From Acidobacteriota bacterium (GTDB lineage Bacteria > Acidobacteriota > UBA6911 > JACQSX01), in the NCBI GenBank assembly GCA_036507075.1, contig DASXQR010000224.1, forward strand, positions 1-13,129: a stretch of 13,129 bases of DNA. The letters are read 5' to 3'. The translations under genes and the position numbers were made by a program. Under the pieces are notes generated by a model that was given only the letters and a program-made list of their open reading frames with translations, had not been told where the DNA came from and made no database searches. This document shows positions 7,192-13,129 of this stretch, in pieces (positions within the stretch are counted from its first letter, which is position 1; each line of letters begins with the position of its first letter).

Positions 7192-7635
7192 ATGGCACCT
7201 TTGAGTGAAGCGCAGTCGCAAAATCCCGTATTTTCGAACATCTTTTTGGAAATATTACTGTTTCAGGAACCTTTGGAAGAGTTTGTCGACCGTTTGAGTT
7301 TTTACAGGAAGCTGAAAGATGCCTGGGACCTTCTGGAGATTGAATATTCAAACAGCCACCTTTCACTTCGCCATGCGGCAAGAACCTGTGGCGTGAACCA
7401 GAACCATCTGAATTATCTTTTTCGGAGTACAACGGGATTGACATTCCACCAGCTCATTTGCCGGTACCGCGTGCTGAAATCTGGAATCCGAGTGCGGGAC
7501 GAGAAATCGACAATCTTAGAAATAGCGATCCAAGGCGGTTTTGGAAGTCTGAGCAGTCTTGAGAGGAACTTTCAAAAGTTCCTGGGTATTTCTCCTGCTG
7601 AATTCCGAACGAGAATCAGAGGCGAGGATCATTAG
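7192..7635 (+). CDS. Small AraC-family transcriptional regulator (HTH domain only)
   Basis: LSLRHAA..CGVNQNHLNYLF...TGLTF...TILEIAIQGGFGSLSSLERNFQKFLGISPAEFR. Confidence 0.92.
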   Translation: MAPLSEAQSQNPVFSNIFLEILLFQEPLEEFVDRLSFYRKLKDAWDLLEIEYSNSHLSLRHAARTCGVNQNHLNYLFRSTTGLTFHQLICRYRVLKSGIRVRDEKSTILEIAIQGGFGSLSSLERNFQKFLGISPAEFRTRIRGEDH

Positions 7636-7646
7636 CCCGAATTATT

Positions 7647-7714
7647 CAAAAAATCTTCACCGCAAAGGATGCAAAGAGGTCTTTGAATGGCGCTCTTCGC
7701 GGTTAAGTTTTTTG
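7647..7714. terminator. Imperfect hairpin with A/T tails between convergent genes (possible terminator or repeat remnant)
   Basis: CAAAAAATCTTCACCGCAAAG ... CTTCGCGGTTAAGTTTTTTG, located just after the AraC stop codon. Confidence 0.45.
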
Positions 7715-7911
7715 CTAAAGAAGAATTCCGGAAGACGCAAAAAGCCGCGGGTCCGCACGCGAAGCGCGGAGCCATGTCCCGCAAGGGCATGGCGGAGACA
7801 AACGAAGTCGGGGGCGAATCACTCATTCAGGCGAGCCGACTCAGATCGCTTCCGCCACGCCCTTGCGGGACGTGGCTCCGTGCTTCGCGTGCCGGTGCCT
7901 CCCGCGTGCGT
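7715..7911. repeat. REPIN-like palindromic element family 1, full copy
   Basis: 42-nt inverted arms at 7755-7796 and 7851-7892 (3 mismatches), with outer pairing ACGCA/TGCGT and CGCGGG/CCCGCG. Same orientation as 1181-1379. Confidence 0.92.
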
Positions 7912-7936
7912 AAAACGGCGGCTGGATCTTCAGCCG
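7911..7936 (-). terminator. Possible intrinsic terminator of hpt
   Basis: CGGCTG-N6-CAGCCG hairpin immediately after the hpt stop, followed by CCGTTTTA on the minus strand. Confidence 0.35.
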
Positions 7937-8491
7937 CTACTCGGTCGATTTCAGCACGGCCACGTAGGGCAGGTTGCGGTATTTTTGGGCGTAGTCCAGG
8001 CCGTAGCCGACGACGAATTTGTCGGAGATGTCAAATCCGATGTAGTCCAGCTTGATGGGAGTCTTTCTTCGCGAGGGTTTGTTCAGCAGCGCCGCCACTT
8101 TCAGAGACTGCGGGTTCCGGGACTGGAAATTGTCCATCAGGTACTGCAGAGTAAGGCCTGTATCCACGATGTCTTCGACGATAATGATGTCTTTATCTTC
8201 CACGCTCGATTCCACGTCCTTGATCAACTGCACCTGCCCTGAGCTTTGAGTGGCGTTGCCATAGCTGGCCACCGCGATGAAGTCGACCGACACGGGAAGA
8301 TTCACCTGACGGATCAAATCGGCGTGAAACATGCAGGCCCCTTTGAGAATGCCGATAAAGAGCGGCCGTTTGTCCTGATAGTCTCGAGTAATCTGCTCTC
8401 CGATTTCCCGGATCTTCTGTTGAATTTGATCGGCGGGCAGTAGGATTTCCGCCAATTGACCTTCACTCCACTGCATGTCGGGCGCCGCCAT
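7937..8491 (-). CDS. hpt: Hypoxanthine phosphoribosyltransferase
   Basis: IGILKGA, ASYGNATQSSGQV, PRPP-binding IIVEDIVDTGLTL, and FVVGYGLDYAQKYRNLPY. Confidence 0.98.
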   Translation of the reverse strand: MAAPDMQWSEGQLAEILLPADQIQQKIREIGEQITRDYQDKRPLFIGILKGACMFHADLIRQVNLPVSVDFIAVASYGNATQSSGQVQLIKDVESSVEDKDIIIVEDIVDTGLTLQYLMDNFQSRNPQSLKVAALLNKPSRRKTPIKLDYIGFDISDKFVVGYGLDYAQKYRNLPYVAVLKSTE

Positions 8492-8618
8492 CTGCTCACT
8501 CCGTTATGAAATCCCGCGATTCTATATGAAAATGGGAGTCCAGAGCTTAAGGACAAAAATTCGAGCATGATTTTTTACCACAAAGGCACCAAGGCACAAA
8601 GCAACGAGGGAGGCGTGA

Positions 8619-11033
8619 TTGAAACTTTCTTCCTGGTTCAAGCGTTCGATGCGGGCGGCTCTTTGCCTGTTTGTTATAGAAGCGGCATGGGGCGCCCCGA
8701 TCGTCAGGAAGATTGATTCTGCGGCCGATTTGATGCGGGGCCGATCGGCTGCCGGAAGGAGCGGTGATTTCCTGCTGCAGAACGATCGCATCAAGATTGT
8801 CGTGGATGCGATTCCCAACGCGCATGGTTTCGCCGCCAGCGGAGGGAATATTCTTGACGCCGGCCTGGCGGCCGAAAATTACGACGCCCTGAACCACGTA
8901 ATGACGTATTTCGATAACACGTTCCAGCGGCAGGCCATTTATCGGGCTGCCGCCATCGAGTCCACGCCGCAAGAGGCAAAGCTGACTGTCACCGGACATG
9001 AAGTCAGGCTTCCGCAGCTTTCCATAAAAACCATCTACTCGCTGCGGGAAGGCGAGGGCTTTCTGCGAATCAGGACCGAGCTGGTCAACAACGGCGCCAA
9101 TCCCATCCGGGATTGGGAGCTGGGAGATGCCGTTCAGTGGGGGATGGCCGAGCATTTCGCGCCCGGCGTGGGGACGCTGCTGGCTGGAAAGACGCTGGAG
9201 CTGGAGTGGATCGCCGGCACCGGCCCGCAGGTTTCCTACGGCTACACGATCGATTCCGGGAAATTCTCAGGACCTAACGGCGGCACCTGGTCCGATATGA
9301 ATGTAAAGACTGTAAATCTCCTTCCCGGAAAAATGGAATTCTATGAACGCTACCTGATTATCGGAAAAGGCGACATTGCGTCGGTGACTGATCAGGCTTA
9401 TTCCATTCGAAAAACTGCCACCACGCGGTTTTCCGGGTCGCTGGTCGAAAGGAGCACGGGCCGTCCTGTCAAGGGAGCAATCTTCCTCAGCAATCCGCAG
9501 TCTCAGCCTGTGAATCGGATTTTTACGGAACCCGACGGAAAGTTCGCCGCCAACCTGGTGCCCGGAAATTTCATCGTGCAGGGCCGCGCCCGGGCGCGCG
9601 TCGCTTCGGCGGTCCGGCCGATTGCGCTCGATCCGGGAAAGCCGGTCACAGCGCAAATAGAAATCGGTCCGGCCGGAAAGCTGCATTTTCGCGTCCTGGA
9701 CGCGAAGAACGGCCGCATCACTCCCGCAAAGCTTCTCTTTAAGGCGATCGGCGGCACCGAGGAGCCGGATCTGGGCCCTCCCTACGATGCTTCCGGCGCG
9801 CACCACAGCGTTTTCTCCGCCACGGGGGAAGGCAACGTCGACGTCGCCCCCGGTTTCTACCAGGTCACCGCAGCTCGCGGAATTCAGTACAGCATCGACC
9901 AGCAGCGCATTGAAGTTCTCCCGTCACGGGAGACTGACTCTCTGTTCCGGATTGAAAAGGTGGTCCAGGGTAACTTCATATCCGGAGACTTTCACCTGCA
10001 CGCGGAGAATTCCTTCGACAGCAACATTCCGCTTGCGGATCGAGTCATCAGCCTGGTGGCTGAAGGCGTAGACCTGGCCGTGGCCTCCGACCATAACTTC
10101 ATCACCGATTATCGCGAGATGGTGCGCAAGCTTGGCCTGCAGGATCAAATAAAACCGGTCGTGGGCGACGAGGTCACCGTAAGCGCCTCCTATCACTTCA
10201 ACGCCTTTCCTCTGGAGGTTGTTCCTTCAACACCAAACAACGGCGCTGTGTCGGTCAAAGGAAAAACGGTCTCCCAGCTCTTCGATGAAGTGCGCGCCTC
10301 GACGTCATGGGATGAAATTCTGCAGGTGAATCACCCGCGGGCCGGCGACATCGGGTATTTCAACACTTTCAAGCTCGATCCTCAAACGGGACTCCCACAG
10401 CACTCCGGCTATGACGATCGATTCGATGCGATCGAGGTGTTTAACGGCCGGCGATGGTCCGAAGCGCTGCTTGTCATGCAGGATTGGTTTCACCTCCTGA
10501 ATCGGGGTTACCGGTACACGGCTACCGGCAACTCGGATTCCCATCAAATCGTTCTGGAGGAAGCCGGATACCCCAGGAACCTGATTCTTGGAGTGAGCAG
10601 TATTCACATCGAGGACGCCACGCTGGTGGAAAAGGTCCGCCGCCACGAAATTGTGGTCAGCAATGGCCCGATGATTCACTTCAGCGTGAACGGACAGGGA
10701 ATCGGGTCCGAGATAAAGAATGCAAAGACCGTCTCGCTGAGGATTCGCATCGAAGCGCCGCCCTGGGTAGATGTGGCGGAAGTGACTGTATTTGCAAACG
10801 GAGAGGCGCGAGGCCGGTTTTTGATCGCAGACTCGCGCGATCCGGTTCGCTGGGATCAGAAGCTTGATTACAACCTGGAATCCGATACCTGGTTTGTCGT
10901 CGTGGCGCGCGGGCTCAAGCCGTTGTCCGATGTAGTTCCTCCCATTCAGGGAGAAAGCCTCTATCCACTCGCATTCACCAACCCGATCTGGGTGGACGTA
11001 AACGGAGACGGATTTAAATCAAAAACAAAATGA
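8619..11033 (+). CDS. Secreted PHP-domain metallohydrolase (CehA/McbA-like) with N-terminal beta domains
   Basis: GDFHLHAENSFDS, SDHN, GDE, HFNAFP, QVNHPR, IEVFNG, GNSDSH and AFTNPIWVD. Signal peptide. TTG start after GGAGG. Confidence 0.9.
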   Translation: MKLSSWFKRSMRAALCLFVIEAAWGAPIVRKIDSAADLMRGRSAAGRSGDFLLQNDRIKIVVDAIPNAHGFAASGGNILDAGLAAENYDALNHVMTYFDNTFQRQAIYRAAAIESTPQEAKLTVTGHEVRLPQLSIKTIYSLREGEGFLRIRTELVNNGANPIRDWELGDAVQWGMAEHFAPGVGTLLAGKTLELEWIAGTGPQVSYGYTIDSGKFSGPNGGTWSDMNVKTVNLLPGKMEFYERYLIIGKGDIASVTDQAYSIRKTATTRFSGSLVERSTGRPVKGAIFLSNPQSQPVNRIFTEPDGKFAANLVPGNFIVQGRARARVASAVRPIALDPGKPVTAQIEIGPAGKLHFRVLDAKNGRITPAKLLFKAIGGTEEPDLGPPYDASGAHHSVFSATGEGNVDVAPGFYQVTAARGIQYSIDQQRIEVLPSRETDSLFRIEKVVQGNFISGDFHLHAENSFDSNIPLADRVISLVAEGVDLAVASDHNFITDYREMVRKLGLQDQIKPVVGDEVTVSASYHFNAFPLEVVPSTPNNGAVSVKGKTVSQLFDEVRASTSWDEILQVNHPRAGDIGYFNTFKLDPQTGLPQHSGYDDRFDAIEVFNGRRWSEALLVMQDWFHLLNRGYRYTATGNSDSHQIVLEEAGYPRNLILGVSSIHIEDATLVEKVRRHEIVVSNGPMIHFSVNGQGIGSEIKNAKTVSLRIRIEAPPWVDVAEVTVFANGEARGRFLIADSRDPVRWDQKLDYNLESDTWFVVVARGLKPLSDVVPPIQGESLYPLAFTNPIWVDVNGDGFKSKTK

Positions 11034-11677
11034 AATCACTTCCGAATGCAGATTCCCGAATGCGGAATGCGGAATATGATCAAATTAGTTCTGCTGAGCT
11101 GAAATCGAGTCGCTTTTCTATTCCGCATTCCGCATTTCGAAATCCGCATTCGTCCCTACCTCTGCAGCGTATCTTTGTTTTGGGAATACTTTTATTCTTC
11201 GCCCTGGTTATCCAAGCCCATGTCCCGGTGCGCGATATTCAGTTTCACCTTCGGATAGAGAGGAACTTTTTTTCCGGCGAATGCTACTGGGTCGTAGGCG
11301 ACCGCCGCTGGGTCTATGATCTGCGCGATCGCGCCGATGTGAACTTTGACGGGAAGATAGACGATCTCGAAAGCGAAGGATTGCGAAAATTTCTGTGGGA
11401 CCGGCTTTCCAGCTCGATTTCCTTCCGCAACGGAAAAGTGCGCATTCCGCTGAAGTTTGAAAAGATCTATGCAGGTGGATTGAACGATCCCGTCGGCTCG
11501 GCCTATCCGATCACCCTGCGCATCGTGCTTCAGGAGCAAACGTTTGACAGGCGAAAACCGCTGCTTCTTACGTCCACTCATCCATCGGCTGTTTACGTAA
11601 AATGGAAAGACGCAAAGGGCGCGTCTCACGAAGCGGTGGTAGAACGCGGAGTAATTACACTAATCAAGCCGATGTAG
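11030..11677 (+). CDS. Secreted hypothetical protein with EF-hand-like loop
   Basis: ATGA overlap with the upstream stop. Signal-like segment RIFVLGILLFFALVIQA|H. DVNFDGKIDDLE matches a DxNxDGxIxxxE Ca-binding loop. Confidence 0.72.
   Translation: MKSLPNADSRMRNAEYDQISSAELKSSRFSIPHSAFRNPHSSLPLQRIFVLGILLFFALVIQAHVPVRDIQFHLRIERNFFSGECYWVVGDRRWVYDLRDRADVNFDGKIDDLESEGLRKFLWDRLSSSISFRNGKVRIPLKFEKIYAGGLNDPVGSAYPITLRIVLQEQTFDRRKPLLLTSTHPSAVYVKWKDAKGASHEAVVERGVITLIKPM
11043..11152. repeat. Inverted heptamer (GAATGCG/CGCATTC) repeat element inside the CDS 5' end
   Basis: Arms 11043-11076 and 11119-11152 are complementary at 30 of 34 positions. Confidence 0.85.
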
Positions 11678-11727
11678 GGCTGCCAATTTTCAGGCCGCGC
11701 GGCCCCGGCGCTGCAAAGCAGCGCTAC
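11674..11727. repeat. GTAG-type REP doublet
   Basis: Minus strand GTAGCGCTGCTTTGCAGCGCC (11707-11727) is GTAG plus a hairpin. A degenerate facing partner GTAGGGCTG...CAGGCC starts at 11674. Confidence 0.6.
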
Positions 11728-11906
11728 AGTACCGCGAACCGCCAGATAGCGACGCGCCAACCGCGTCGAGTCGCATGAATCTCCGGTCCTGACGACTGCA
11801 AGCTGAAGGCTTTCCTGTGTCCTCTGTACTACCAACTGCGAATTTTTTCTCGGACCGCGATGATTTTGGGCCTTGACAAGAGCGGCAGGAAGGGCGGTTT
11901 GGGCGG

Positions 11907-12190
11907 CAGCCCGCTTCAGCGGGCTTTTGTTTTTCGGTTAGCCCCGGCTTTCAAGCCGGGGAGAGGAGTCCAAAAACTTAATCAGGCCGCTTTAGCGGCC
12001 TTAATCGGCTGGCTTGAGCCATCATCGCCAATTCCTGCCAGGACCCGGCCTGGCTGGAGCTGGCCCCTGAGAGGCTGAAGCCGAAAAAAGGAAGGCCGCT
12101 GAAGCGGCCTGGTGCTGGTAGTGGGAACAGTCAACCCCGGCTTGAAAGCCGGGGCTAACCGAAAAGCAAAAAGCCCGCTGAAGCGGGCTG
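11907..12190. repeat. Large nested palindrome, REPIN-like family 2
   Basis: Arms 11907-11961 and 12135-12190 each contain the hairpins AGCCCGCTTCAGCGGGCT and CCCCGGCTTTCAAGCCGGGG. Inner arms at 11983-12002 and 12092-12111. Confidence 0.93.
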
Positions 12191-12343
12191 ACCACCGGCC
12201 GCTTTGGTTGCGGCTATGCTGCTCTGTGTAACCTGTGGTGAAATCTTTTTTCGATGGCAGCCAAACTAGCCCACTACTGTCAGTATCGTCGTCTCTCCAT
12301 TCCCAGAATGTAGTGGTAAGATACTTCGACCTGGAGTTCTCCC

Positions 12344-12964
12344 ATGGCCCGCGCCAGAGACGTCATTACCGCCGAAGAGATGCATCGAACACCGGCAGGA
12401 TCCGTTTTTTCCGTCTCAGATCAGGCGGTGATCACCCCGCTGGCGCAGGAGCTGGCGCGCGAGAAGAATATCGTCTTCGTCCCGTCATCGGAGGCCGGGC
12501 AGAGCGAGATTATCGCCCTGGGAGCCGATCACGGAGGCTTTGCCGCCAAGCAGGCGATCAGGAAACATCTGGAAAAGCGGGGATATCAGGTCCGGGATTT
12601 CGGCACACACTCACAAGAACAGGTCGATTATCCCGATTACGCGCGCAAGGTTGCGGAAGCGGTGGCGGGGGGAGAATGCCGCTGCGGAATTCTGGTCGAT
12701 GGAGCCGGGATCGGCTCATGCATGGCGGCAAACAAAGTTCCGGGCGTCCTGGCGGCGCTCTGTTATGACGAAGCGACGGCGCGCAACAGCCGCGAGCACA
12801 ACTACGCAAATGTGCTCACACTGGGCGGCAAGATGCTTCCCACGGATCGGCTGATCGAGATCGTGGACGCCTGGCTGGCGACACCCTATGGTGAAGCAAG
12901 GCATCAGCGGCGCGTGGAAAAGATCCGTGCCATCGAGAGGAACTATTTCAGGAGGGTGCCATAG
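12344..12964 (+). CDS. rpiB: RpiB/LacA/LacB family sugar-phosphate isomerase with ~50-aa N-terminal extension
   Basis: IALGADHGGF, VDYPDYA, GILVDGAGIGSCMAANKVPG, SREHNYANVLTLG and RHQRRVEKI. GGAG precedes the ATG. Confidence 0.93.
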   Translation: MARARDVITAEEMHRTPAGSVFSVSDQAVITPLAQELAREKNIVFVPSSEAGQSEIIALGADHGGFAAKQAIRKHLEKRGYQVRDFGTHSQEQVDYPDYARKVAEAVAGGECRCGILVDGAGIGSCMAANKVPGVLAALCYDEATARNSREHNYANVLTLGGKMLPTDRLIEIVDAWLATPYGEARHQRRVEKIRAIERNYFRRVP

Positions 12965-12974
12965 GCCAGCAGCA

Positions 12975-13129
12975 GACCGCGAAGCGGTCAAAGAAAATAG
13001 CCAGGGGCAAGCGCGTTTTTGCGCGCCGCCCCCGGTAAGCCGCATCCGAACCGCGCGCGTAAGCAAGCGGACCCTCCGGAGAAAATCGGATTCGAATGAG
13101 AAACCGCTTTTCTCCGGAGGGTCCGCTTG
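12975..13129. repeat. Palindromic element family 3, truncated at window end
   Basis: Perfect 22-bp inverted repeat at 13064-13085 and 13108-13129. Upstream hairpins GACCGC-GAA-GCGGTC (12975-12989) and GGGGC..GCGC/GCGC..GCCCC. Confidence 0.8.

Noticed and set aside
11860..12078. 72-aa ORF in the intergenic region
   Set aside because: It largely translates the nested palindrome and has no protein-like features.

Overview
Bacterial window, probably Acidobacteriota (inferred from the secreted-protein families and a TonB-receptor remnant). The left part (1-7911) looks like an accessory region. It holds an MNT-HEPN toxin-antitoxin-type pair and a short cas6 remnant between two ~337-bp direct repeats. 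It also holds a minus-strand cluster of a secreted S8 subtilase, a secreted protein ending in an I9-like (subtilisin propeptide/inhibitor) domain, and a second related secreted protein. A good sigma-54 promoter, 10-bp-phased repeats and two divergent, related, DNA-binding-domain-only AraC regulators lie upstream of that cluster. Copies of a ~195-bp REPIN-like palindrome bracket the block. The right part looks like core genome: hpt, a PHP-type (CehA/McbA-like) metallohydrolase, a secreted hypothetical protein, and an RpiB with an N-terminal extension. Several unrelated palindromic repeat families fill the intergenic spaces. No CRISPR array, tRNA, rRNA or transposase was seen. All family assignments come from motif recognition by eye; no database searches were run.
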